Assembly: GCF_009914755.1 (NCBI RefSeq)
Contig: NC_060925.1
Source of the DNA: the human T2T-CHM13v2.0 reference genome, Homo sapiens
Length of the DNA stretch: 64,000 bases
Direction: 5' to 3' (one strand)
Shown: piece by piece, positions 1 to 12,292 of the stretch
How the letters are laid out: every line of letters begins with the position of its first letter
Numbering within the stretch: position 1 is the stretch's first letter
Translations under genes and position numbers: made by a program
Notes under the pieces: generated by a model
The model's input: the letters and a program-made list of their open reading frames with translations, nothing else
Databases searched by the model: none
What the model was told of the DNA's origin: nothing

Positions 1-315
1 GGAGCCTCCATCTTTACCATCACCTGATTGGACAAGGCCCACTCACACTCCAGAGTCTGCTGGTTTAAATGTTAATCACATCTTGGCCAGGTACAGTGGC
101 ACATAATTCCAGCGCTTTGGGAAGCTGAGGCAGGCAGATTGCCTGAGTCCAGGAGTTCAAGACCAGCCTGGGCAATGTGGCAAAACCCTATCTCCAGAAA
201 CAAAAGAAGTTAATCACATCTGAAGAGTCCTTTCATAGCAACGTTGAGACTACTGTTTAACCAAATGTTTGGGTACCATGGCTTAGCCAAGCTAACACAT
301 AAATTAACCATCACA
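1..315 (-). mobile_element. MLT2-type (ERVL) LTR fragment, interrupted by an Alu monomer
   Basis: Ends in ...gctaacacataaattaaccatcaca (315), the reverse complement of the MLT2 5' terminus TGTGATGGTTAAT... Confidence 0.7.
85..208 (+). mobile_element. Free left Alu monomer (FLAM_C-like)
   Basis: Alu left-arm sequence ending in a short A-rich tail; 13-bp TSD gttaatcacatct at 71-83 and 209-221. Confidence 0.85.
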
Positions 316-1793
316 GGATCACACCCCACCAAGACCAAGAATGTGGGAGAATCCTGGGGCTCCCCTAGGGTGGTGGGAGACACGCTATCCTGTGTCCTGA
401 GAGGAAGGCACCCTCCTCCCTTCTGGGGTCTCAGCCACACTCGGGGCTGGTTTGCTTTCACCATCACAGTGTCTGCTTCGAGGGCGGATCTTCAAGGACA
501 GGGATTAGGATGGATGCGGGGTGGTGAAGGTGCTGGGCTGCAGAGGCAGGGGGTTGAGAAGACAGTGCGGAGTGTGAACTTCCATAGGTCTGGCCCCTTC
601 CTGGGCCTCAGTTTCCTTTGTTGAACAAAAGCATCATGGCACAACTTTCTTTTGCATCTTGTAAGTAGGGCCAGGGGAGCTGCTGAACAGCCTGCAATGT
701 CCAGGACAATGAAGAGGTTTTTGGCCCCAAACGTCAGTGGCGCTGAGCAGAGCAACCCTGATTTAGCGACTCCTTGTTGGTCCTGGCTCCCAGTGTGTTG
801 GGGACGTGATGCGGGTGACTCTGCTGTGGGCTCACAGGCTCTGCTGGTTCCATGGACAGAAATAAAGTGGAACTTCATGCTGCTGGAACTCGGGCGGTTG
901 TGCTGCGTTGCACCCTCCTCCTTTGCGAGCGGTGACCTTGAAGGCTGGCTTGGGGCCGTCGTGAAGGCAATGGGAGCCGGGTTGCTGAGGTGGAGCCCCG
1001 GGGAGCCTGCCAGAAGGAAGCAGAGGAGAATTTGGCCCTTAGGCTGCTGAGAGACTGAGGAGGAAATGGGGAGAAATGGAAAGGCACCCATAGGACTCAT
1101 CAGGGAAGTGGAGGAGAAGGAAAGTCACTTTGGAGAGGGCACATGGTGGGCATTTGAACAGGAACTCGTGTTGTTGGAAACTTTCTCCAACAGCTCAGCC
1201 TGAACTGGTCCAGGGTCTCCATGAACCTCCTCTCCCCAGCTCCTGGCCTCCAGGCTCCTGTGTGGGCCCCTGAGCCCACCTGCCACTGTGCCCTGCAGCT
1301 CCCGTGACCCAGGGGCTGGCATGGAGGAGCAGGTGGGCCCTCCTAGCACCTGCCACACACTGGCTCCTGTAGCTTGAAATATTAATACTCTATTGACCTG
1401 AGTTTCTTTTGGCATCTCAAATTAATTTCATTTTATTTGGACCATGATGGAGTTTAACATAAGATAAAAGCAAACCTTTGCCAACCTCAGACAGTTTAAT
1501 AACCAAAATATTTGATTAAAAATTTTAATAGTTTGGAAGGATGGAACATGTAGGATCGGGACAAATTAAGCCTCTGCCATTCACATTGATGTACATTTTT
1601 TCTGCCTGGAATGGGGAAATCTATTGTCTTACTACTTTTCCAAGGGAACCAGAAAAAAAATTAAACTCTTTAAAACAAGGTTTTCTTACAAAATGAACTT
1701 CCATTCTGACAGCATGCCTCTTCTTTATTTACTGGGAGTCACAGGTGTGCAGGGAGGTGAGTCCTCAGCCTCCACCGCCCTGCGCGGGATCTG

Positions 1794-2233
1794 TGTGTTG
1801 GTCTCCTGGGGCTGCTGTAACAGATGCCACAAACCAAGGGGCTTAAAGCAACAGGAATGTATTCTCTCACTGTTTCAGAAGGCAGAGGTCCAAAGTCCAG
1901 GCGTCCTCAGGGCCATGTTCCCTTGGAGGCTCCGGAGAGAGTCCTTCCTTGTCCCCTGGAGTTTCTGGTGGCTGTGGCCACATTGCCCCAACCTCTGTCT
2001 CTGTCTTCATGGCCTTCTGCCCCTTGTGTGTCTCCTCTGTGTTTCCTGGAAGGACACTCATCCATGGACTTAGGGCCCACCTGGGCAATCCAAAATAACC
2101 TCATCTTGAGATCCTTCACTTAATTACATCCACAAAATAAGGCCACATTTTCCAAATAAGGTCATAGCCACAAGTACCAGGAATTAGGACTTAGACATAT
2201 CTTTTTGGGGCCATTATATTTCAACCCATTAAA
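1794..2233 (-). mobile_element. MLT1 (MaLR) solo LTR, MLT1C/D-like
   Basis: gctgctgtaacagatgccacaaac...ggcttaaagcaacag...ttccaaataaggtcata...tcaaccca match the MLT1 reverse strand. Confidence 0.8.
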
Positions 2234-2384
2234 AGCCTCATATCAACCTGGGAGGAGGGTGATCATTGAAGAAGCTGATTGTCTCTGGCCCAATGAGAAG
2301 GAAGCATGACCAGATTTGGGTTCCTGTGCTGGCGCTGTGGTGGAAAGAGCACCCCTGATCCTGGCTGGTGGGGAGGGCAGGGGG

Positions 2385-2724
2385 TGGTATGGACCGGATG
2401 TTTATGTTCCCCCAAAATTCATATTTGGGAGCCATAACCCCCAGTGTGATGCTATTAGAAGGTGGGGCTGGTGATTAGGAGGTGATTAAGGTTAGATGAG
2501 GTCATGAAGATGGGCCCCCATGATGGGATTAGTGCCCTTATAAGAAGAGACACAAGAGAACTTGTTTACTGCTCCCCTACCCCTGCCCAATGCCGTGCAA
2601 AGACACAGTGAGAAGGTGGCTGTCTGCAAGCCAAGAGAGAGCCCTGACCAGGAACTGACTGTGAGGAAGAAATGTTTAAGCAGCTAGTTTCTCGTATTTT
2701 GTTATGACGGTCCAAACTAAGATA
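2385..2724 (+). mobile_element. MLT1A-like MaLR LTR
   Basis: tttatgttcccccaaaattcatat...gattagtgcccttataagaagagacac...ttgttatgacggtccaaactaaga. Confidence 0.8.
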
Positions 2725-2784
2725 GTGAGGTCAGCTTTCAGGAAGTCAGCACAGATGTCTTGATCACTCTCCAATTCTCCTTAT

Positions 2785-2793
2785 GTCTATCTG

Positions 2794-2847
<54 letters not shown>

Positions 2848-3153
2848 ATCTGTCATCTCTATCATCTATCCTTTCATCAATCTGTCATATATTTATCTTC
2901 TATCTATTATCTATCATCTGTCTCTCTATCACCTATCTATCTTCTACCTGTTATCTATCATCTATCTATCAACTTCTATCTATATATCATCTATATATCT
3001 ACTATCTATCATCTGTCTATCATCTACCTTTCTATCTTTTATCATCTGTCTACCTATTATCTGTCATCTATCTACCTATTATCTATCTATCATCTATCTG
3101 TCTACCTGTCATGTGTTTATTATCTATCTAGCTATCATCTCTATCTAGCTATC

Positions 3154-3200
<47 letters not shown>

Positions 3201-3220
3201 CATCCATCCATCCATTCATC
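2785..3220. repeat. (TATC)n/(GATA)n compound microsatellite, degenerate centre, ending in (CCAT)n
   Basis: Pure TCTA runs at ~2795-2846 and ~3155-3200 flank degenerate TATC/TCAT units. Confidence 0.95.
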
Positions 3221-4049
3221 CCTCTGTCTCAAGGGCTTGGAATGTATGTATCTTTGAACCAGAAGTGTTCCTCTTCTAGGAATTTATTTATCCTAAGGGG
3301 CACTTCAAACAGGCATTGAGCTGTACACTCTGGATGCCAGCTGCAGTAGGGTCTTTAATACTGAAAAATAGGAAAAGATCATGTCTAAAATAGGGGACTG
3401 GCTGCATAAATGAATTGGAGCCATAGGATATTTACTAACACGAACTGATACTTGCTGACTGAAACCATAGGATGTTTACTGACATGCTGCATTGCTCCAT
3501 GAAAAAAGGTTGGAAAGGAGAATAGAATATAGGGCACCAATTTTACAGACAGGACTAGGCAGAGGAAGGGACCTGGCAGAAGAGTCAGATGTTAATAGCC
3601 TCTAGTTCTCAGGATCACAGGAGATATTTGTAAAATGTATGTTTTCTCTGTTTTCTGTTTTTCTGCATCTTTCAGGAGATGCTGATGAAGTCCTGGGATC
3701 CAGAGAAGTGGTTTTGGCCCCCAGAGAGCTCCTAGTGTAGCTGGAAAAAAAAAAAAAAAAGAAACAGACACAAAAGACACATAGGCACCTATGTATAATG
3801 CCATGTGGTTGTCAGGAACAGACCATGGACAAAGTCATCGTGGCAGGGAAGGTTGGGCAGGATGTGGGAGGCAGGTCCTTCCCAGCAGAGGAACAGCCGG
3901 GACAAAAGCCTGGCCGTGGGTGCAGTTGTGCTGCGTTAGGGTGCAAATGTCTGGCAGGCTGGGGTGCAGAGCATGTATAGAGAGGAGAGGAGAGGGAGGC
4001 TGGGAGCTGGGTGAGGACAGAGACCACCATGGGGAACTGCTGAGTTCTT

Positions 4050-4710
<661 letters not shown>

Positions 4711-7173
4711 GCCCCCTTTTTAAAAAAAGATTCCACGTGGATACTGAGGACGGCTTGTCCGTGTCCCACAGTGGGGCTTGGTCTTCTCCCAGGGGGCCTT
4801 GGGAGCTATTGCGTTTTAAGTGGGTACATGACGAGACCGCAGCTGGGCTTTGGGAGCTCATGGGGTTCCGTGGAGGATGGAGTGGTAGGAGATGATTCTG
4901 GAAGCTGGGGCACCAGATTAGGGGCCAGGGCAGTGAGTGCTCCAGAAACTTCCATCCCTGGCACCGGAACCACACATTGCTTGTCTATGATGCCATGATC
5001 CCACCTTGGGGACAGGGGGCACTGTCATCTGAAAACTCTCCAGGCTACTATTCCTGATGGAGACCCCCATTTCCGTGGCGGCCCCTGACGCCGGCTGTCC
5101 TCCAGGAATAATCTGGGGTCCGCTGGTGCCGCCGTGGCTGCCGTTGCATTTATTTATGTCTTCAGCACTGTGGGGAGAAGTGGCACAGGCCTGGATTCCC
5201 CAGGGAGACAGTAAACTGTCAAGCTTGTGTTTATTATTATAACACGCATTTTGAAACTCCACAAATCTCCGATCCAGGGAGAGATGGAAATACATTAGCC
5301 TCAAAACATACTTCAAAATACTTCGGTCTCAAAAAAACCTCTCAAGTCCAGCAAATGGGTTCAGGGACCCAGGGAACCCAAATCGCCCTCAGCCCTTGTT
5401 GAGAAAATCACTTTCTGGTGAGCGATCGAAGCCACTTACTGCACTTTATTATGTTGCCTCAGCAAGATGGGTTTGGGCAGAGAAGAAAGTACAAGAATGG
5501 AGTTTAATCAAACTCGAGCCTGGCCTTGGGAATAGCTGAAAAGTTAGCATTAAAACAACAGCTGCAGGTGAAGCTATTTCGCCGGCTGCATCACCGCAGC
5601 CACCCCCTCTTCTGTCGGGCACCGTGGGAGGGTGGGGGCGGGGAGAGCATCGGAGTGGTGAAAAGAGGTGCGATCAAAGCACAGCCGGGTTTCTGTTCCT
5701 GTTTTCTGGTCCCTTCGCTGTTGAGTTTCCAGGCGCCCCACCAAAAGGTGTGGGGTTGCTCTGCTCTGCCTGAGAATCACCCTCCATATCCAGACCTGGA
5801 GGAGTGCCCAGGGTTGTTGAGCTTTGCTGGAGAAAACTGGTAGCTTAGGATATTCATGGAGCTGAGCTGGGGTTCCAAGGACACGATCCCACTGCAGGGT
5901 CCTCCTCAGCGTGCTGACAATGTCTGCGTAGTGGGAGGGCCAGCCCCAGACTCAGATGCAGTGGAGGCTGCTGTGCCTGATGAGTTTTTTTTTTCTTTTT
6001 TTCTTTTTTTCCGGGTCCCTCCAGCCCCAACAGCCTGTCCTGGTGCAGTCCTTCCCTCTGACCTGGCTTGAAATTTCTCCCAGGCCAAGGCAGTGAGCCA
6101 TGATCCCAATTCCATGTCAGGGGCAAGAGTGAATTCTGGGTTCCGAGGCCTAACTATCTCGTCTTTCCACTAGCCCAGGAAAGTGAACTGCAAAACTTCT
6201 TTAAAAGGGTCCAACTAAGCAAGCCCTTCCTATCTTCAGAGGCAGCCTGTGAATGTGAATGTACGAAAGGAGATTTGCTTCTGCGGCATCCCAGGAGGCC
6301 ATAGGGGCCATATCGGTTCTCCTCTAGATAGGCCAGTGGTTCCCTTATAGACGCTGAAGGAGAAGCTAATGTGGGGAGAAGAAAAGGTGAGCTTCTAACA
6401 GCTGAGGGTGGGAGTTTTCTTAGGGGAGAGAAAAAATTGTTTGAAAAAAACCTAAGTCATTCCTCCTTTTACACAATTAAAAAATTGTTATAGTAAAATA
6501 GGTTTCTTTTTAGTTTACAGTTCCATGAATTTTAATACATGTATAGACGCATAAAACTCCACCTTGGTTAGGGCACAGAACAGCCCCATCGTCCCACAAA
6601 GCCTCCTCATGCTACCCTCTGTGTCAGCATCTCCCCGTCATCCCACCCTTGGCCATCACTGATCTGTCTTTCATCACCATGGGTTTCTATTTTGGAGAAT
6701 ACCATACCCATGGAATCATGTTGCATGTCTGTTGCTGTTTGAGACAGGCTTCTTTCACTCAGCAAGATGCCTCTGAGATTCATCCAAGTTGTGGCTCAAG
6801 AGTTCCCTCCTTTTTGTTGCTGAGTAGAATTGCATTGTATGCACACATCAGTTTGTTTATGCATTCACCCGAAGGACCTTTGGCTTGTTTCTAGTTTCTG
6901 ATGATTATAAGTAGAGCTGCTTTAAATATCTGCGTACAGGTCTTTGTGCAAACCTAAGTTTTTATTTCTCCAGGGACAATGCCTAGGAGAAAGATGACTG
7001 AGTCCTATGGTAAGTGTATGTTTAAGTTTATAAAAAAACTGCCAAACTGTCTTACTGAATGACTATACCGTTTTGTATTCCCGTGAATAATGATGAGAGC
7101 TCCAGTTGCTCCATGTCCTGCTGCTATTTGATATTATCATATTTTGACTTTAGCCACTCTAAAGGTATGTGGT

Positions 7174-7536
7174 TGCTGTGTTTCAAATGTCTCCTTCAAA
7201 ACTCATGTGGAAATTTAACTGTTATGGTGGAACTATTAAGAGGTGATTGGGTCATGAGAGCTCTTCTTTCATGAACGGATTGATGCCATTATTGTGGGAG
7301 TGGGATCCTGATGGCAAGCTCGTTCATCCCACTCTGCCTGCTCTCCTATGCATGCTCTTTTGTCCTTCTTCCTTCACCTCTGGGATGTGGGATGACACAG
7401 CATGAAGGCCCTCATCAGATGTTGGCCCCTTGATGTTAGACACTCCAGGTTCAGAACTGTAAGAAAGAAATCTCTGTTCTTTATAAAGTACCCAGTCTGT
7501 GGTTTTCTGTTATAGCAGCCAAAATGGGCTAAGGCA
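7174..7536 (+). mobile_element. MST-type (MSTC/D-like) MaLR solo LTR
   Basis: TG...CA termini with a perfect 5-bp TSD GTGGT (7169-7173, 7537-7541); tctttataaagtacccagtctgtgg...gttatagcagc 3' end. Confidence 0.85.
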
Positions 7537-8005
7537 GTGGTGATGTCTCATTGTGATTTCAGTTTGCATTTTCCCAATTAGTAATGGTGTTGAACTTCAT
7601 TTCCTGTGCTTATTTGCCATCCACACAACCTCTTTGGTGAAGCACCTGTTTAAGCCTTTTGACCATGTAAAATTGAGTTGTTGAGTATTGAGAGTTCTTT
7701 ATATATTCTCAATATAAGGCTTTTTTTGGATATGTGATTTATGCATATTTTCTCTCTTCATTCTTCTAATGGTGTCTTTGGAAGAGAAAACGTTTTGAAT
7801 TTTGCCAAAATTTAATTTGTCTTTTTTTTTTTGTTTTGTTTTATGAATCATGCTTTTGGTGTCATGGCTAAGAACTCTTTGCCTAAACCTAAGTGGTAAA
7901 AATTGTCTCCTATGTCTTCTTCTAAAAGTTTACATTTCCCATTTTCCATTTAGATTTTTGATCCATTTGAGTTAATTTTTGTATAAAAGTGAGGTGTAGG
8001 TTAAG

Positions 8006-8035
8006 GTGTGTGTGTGTCTGTGTGTGCGTGTGTGT
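8006..8035. repeat. (TG)n microsatellite
   Basis: gtgtgtgtgtgtctgtgtgtgcgtgtgtgt. Confidence 0.85.
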
Positions 8036-8443
8036 TTTGCCTATGGATGACCAATACCATTTGTTGAAAAGACCACCTTTCATTATTGATTTGCATGTGT
8101 ACCTTTGTGAAAAGTCAGTGAGTTGTACTTGTGTGGTCCTGTTACATTGATCTCCGTGTTGGCCCACTGCTAATACCACCCAGTCTTGACTACTGTAGCT
8201 GAAGCCCATTAAGCCTAAATATCTGTAGGGTGATTCTTCCTGTTTCCATTTTCCTTTTCAGATTTGTCTTAGCTACTCTAGTTCCTTTTTTAACCAGTTT
8301 GTCTATGTCTTCAAAAATCCTACTGGATTTTTGTGGGAATTGAATTAAATTTATAGATCCATTTGGGGAAGATTGATATCTTTACTACATGAATCTTCCA
8401 AGCCATGAGCATGTTATGTCTCCATGTTTCGTTAAGTTTTTAG

Positions 8444-8862
<419 letters not shown>

Positions 8863-10439
8863 TAAGTGATATTAACTTTTAAATTCTGGTTTCCACATGT
8901 TCATTGCTGTTATGTAGAAGTATTATTGACTTCTTGTGTGTTGACCTTGCATCTTGCAAGTTTGAAAAACTTATTCTTCTGTTAGTTTTTTGGGGGTATA
9001 GTCACAGTTCATTCTACAGAGACAATCATATCATCTGCAGATAGGTACTGTTTTATTTCTTCCTTTCCAATCTGTTTGCATTTTATTTATTTTTCTTGCC
9101 TTATTGCCCTACCTAGTATTTCCACAGAATGAAGAATAAGAGTTATAAAAGTGGGCATCCTTGCCTTGTCTCTGATCTTAGGGAGAAAGCATTCAGTCAT
9201 TTTTAATATGATGGTAGCTGTAAGTATTTTGCAAAATGTTCCTTATCAGGTCGAGGAAGTTCCCTTATGTTCCTACTTTGCCAAAAGTTTTATCATAAGT
9301 GGATATTTTCTATCTAATGATTTTTCTGCATCAATTAATATATGAATTATTTTATTTAGAATCTTAATGTGACAGATTAAAAATCCATTGATGGAATTTT
9401 GAAGATTGAACTAGCCTTGCATTTCCAGGATATTCTTTTAACACATTGCTGGACTCAGTTTGCTAATGTTATCTCAAAGAGTTTTGTATCTATATTAATG
9501 AGGAATATTGATCTGTGGGTTTTTTTTTTAATACTGTTGAGAAACAGTCTTTTATCAAGTAAAACACCTTGAAGCCCTCTTTGGATATGAAAGTTGAATC
9601 TCTGCATCTATTTTTCAGGGCATGGTGGGGATGATTGGATCATGTGCTGCCTAATTATAGGAGCAGAAATGGGGTGCAGGTTCATGGAGGTGATAGTAGT
9701 GGTGAAGGTGCAGGTTGAAGTAGGGGCTGGAAGAGAAAGGAGAGTTAATGAATGAGAGCAGGGAGGGGGTTGTGAGAGAGAGAGGAACCCAGCTATGGGC
9801 TGGAAGCTGGAGTATCCCAGGAAGTGGTGCTAGGGAGAGCTGGGTGTTTAGGCGAAGGTGCTCTTCGTAACAGGAATGTATGGAATCAGGCTTCAGCCTG
9901 CTGCTGGGTGGGGCTGAGTGTCACTACCTCTGCACCCTTAGCACCAGTAGCAACACCACATCACCCATAGCCTTGGGTGGGGTGGGGGGGGGGGGGCTTT
10001 GGATGCCAGGAACCAAGCAAAGAACCGAGCAAGAGTGGGGGGCCCTGGAGTGTAACAGGGATATTGCATGCCTGCTGGGAACTGCAAACAGGGGTGGAGA
10101 ATGCAGTGGGGCCAGGAAAACCTGCAGCCCCTACCAAGATAAAACAAACTCTTTCAAGAGGGGAAATGTGGAGTTTTCACATGTTGAACCCGGATTTGGG
10201 TCTATATTTATTTAATGATTGAAAGACAGGGTGACTCCATAAAACTGGAGGACTCTGGGGGACATTTGGCAGCTCAGTGTGGGTTGTGGTGGTAGGGGGA
10301 GGGTCTTTTTTCAAATAAAGCATCCCAGGAGAGACTCTTCTCAACAATCCCCTGACTATGGTGGCTCCATCCCTTGCCATCCCTTTCCTGCTTCCGTGTT
10401 CTTATTTTGAGGCACTTGCCACTTCTTGCACTTCATTTT

Positions 10440-10580
10440 GTCTTTAGTTGTTTTACTGCCTCTATCTCCTAGAATGTCAGCTTCATGAGGGCAGGACTCA
10501 GTCCCTGCTCTATCCTCAGAGTTTGGGGCAAGTTCCTGGCACATAGCAGATTGCCCATAAATATTTTTTGAGTAAATTCA
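10440..10580 (+). mobile_element. L2 3' end
   Basis: ctagaatgtcagcttcatgagggcagg...cctggcacatagcag...ataaatattttttgagt is the L2 terminus. Confidence 0.75.
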
Positions 10581-10827
10581 GAAGTGAGTGTCTCCTTCGG
10601 GCTGTCCACCTCTGGCATATCCTGGGCCAGGGGCCATGGGCTGGGTGGACTTGGGCAGGGTGTGGCTCCATGCCCACCCATGCAAGCCCTGCTGCTTGTT
10701 AGTGGCAGCTGAGCACATGGCCTGCTGCAGCCCCAAGTACCTCTCTCCCCTGACCTCTCCCAGCTCTCGATCTGACCCGGGCCAAGCCGACTGTGCTGTT
10801 CACTGCAGGGTGGGGCCAAATCTCCTA

Positions 10828-11188
10828 TACACGGGTTGAATCATGCCTGCCAAAAGGACGTGGTGAAGTCCTAACCTCAGTACCTGTGAATGTGACCTAG
10901 TTTGGAAATAGAATCATTGCAGATGTCATCAAGGGGGGGTGCAAATCCAATGATTGATGTCCTTATAAGAAGAGGGAGATCTGGAGAGGGGAGGAGGCCA
11001 TGTGAAGATGGAGAAGAGATGCGAGTGAGGCAATCACAAGCCAGGGAACTCCAAGGACGACCACACTCACCAGAAACCAGAAGAGCCCAGGTAGGATTCT
11101 TCTACAGACCTTCAGTGGGAGGGCAGTCAACACCTCGAACTTGGACTTCCAGCCTTCGCCTCCAGAACGATGAGAGAATAAATCTATG
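10828..11188 (+). mobile_element. MLT1C-like MaLR LTR (partial)
   Basis: gtacctgtgaatgtgacctagtttggaaatag...ccttataagaagaggg...ggacttccagcc...gagagaataaat. Confidence 0.8.
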
Positions 11189-11709
11189 CAGGTGGGAGTG
11201 GGGCCCAGTGACCAGCTGGGTCTGTTTGCAGCCAGAGAAGAAAGGGCAGAGTGGGCAGGAGTCAGGCTTAGTGTCCTCTGTCCAGGCCAGGGAGGAGGAT
11301 AGACAGGGGCCAAGGAAGCCCATAACAGCCACCAAGTGCCTGAGTCATCTCAGCGCTGGCACAGAGCGTCTGGCCCCAAGGGGACCCTGGCCGCCATCCC
11401 TCCGGCTTCCGCCCTCTATGATAGATAGGGTCCGGACTGCCGTGAGGACAGCCTGTGCTCTTCTGAGTCAGACCAGCTGCTTCTCAGCAGGGACCACAGC
11501 ATTTCCCGTGGCTCAGCTCAGGACAGTAGCCGGGGCGCTTCTCCGGGAGTGTTCCTGGGAGGGCTTGGCTGGCACATAGCAGGAAAATAAACCATAACAA
11601 TATATTGTTAAGTGAAAATAAAAGATGTAAATTATATGTGTAATAGGATAAGTGTTCAAATTAAAGTTTCACATGAATAAAAGGACAAAAAAAAAAAAAA
11701 GAAAATAAA

Positions 11710-12292
11710 CCAAACACTCTTTTCTCTGCTCTTCTCTCATCACTTGATGCAGAACACTTCTGACACCAAGAGTGTGGGTTCCCCTGACCCCCAGCCATCA
11801 ATTCAGATCTCCAGCAGACACCAGCTGGGCGTCCTCTAATGCAATTCTCACGCGATCTACCTGGAGTTTGTGTCAGACCCCGCAGGTGAAGGGCTCAGCC
11901 CCACAAGACTGCCCCATTCAGATGCTAATCATGAGTCTGAGCCTGCAGACCTTCTGACCGATGGCTGTAAATCAAGTTTCTGCCATCTGCTAGGACGGCT
12001 CACAGGACCCAGGGAAACTTGTTACTTACATTTATGGTTTATTATAAAGGGTACAGAGGGACAGCCGGACAGAGACGTACAGGGCCAGGCATGGGGCATG
12101 GGGCATGGGGCTTCCATGACCTCTCTGCAGCGCTTCACCCTCCAGGGACCCCCATATGTTTAGTAATTTGGAAGCGCTCCAAACCCCATAGTGGAGGGAT
12201 TTTCATGGAGGCTTCATCATGTAGGCCAGATAGATGATTAACTCAGTCTCCAGCCGCTGTCCCCTTCCTGGAGGATAGTGAGGGTGGGGCAG
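11710..12292 (-). mobile_element. MER21 (A/B-like) LTR, truncated at the L1PB junction
   Basis: tctacctggag...cagaccccgcaggtgaagggctcagccccacaagactgcccc...catggaggcttcatcatgtagg. Confidence 0.7.

Noticed and set aside
2760-3148. Hydrophobic Ser/Ile/Tyr/Leu ORFs
   Set aside because: Translation of the (TATC)n microsatellite
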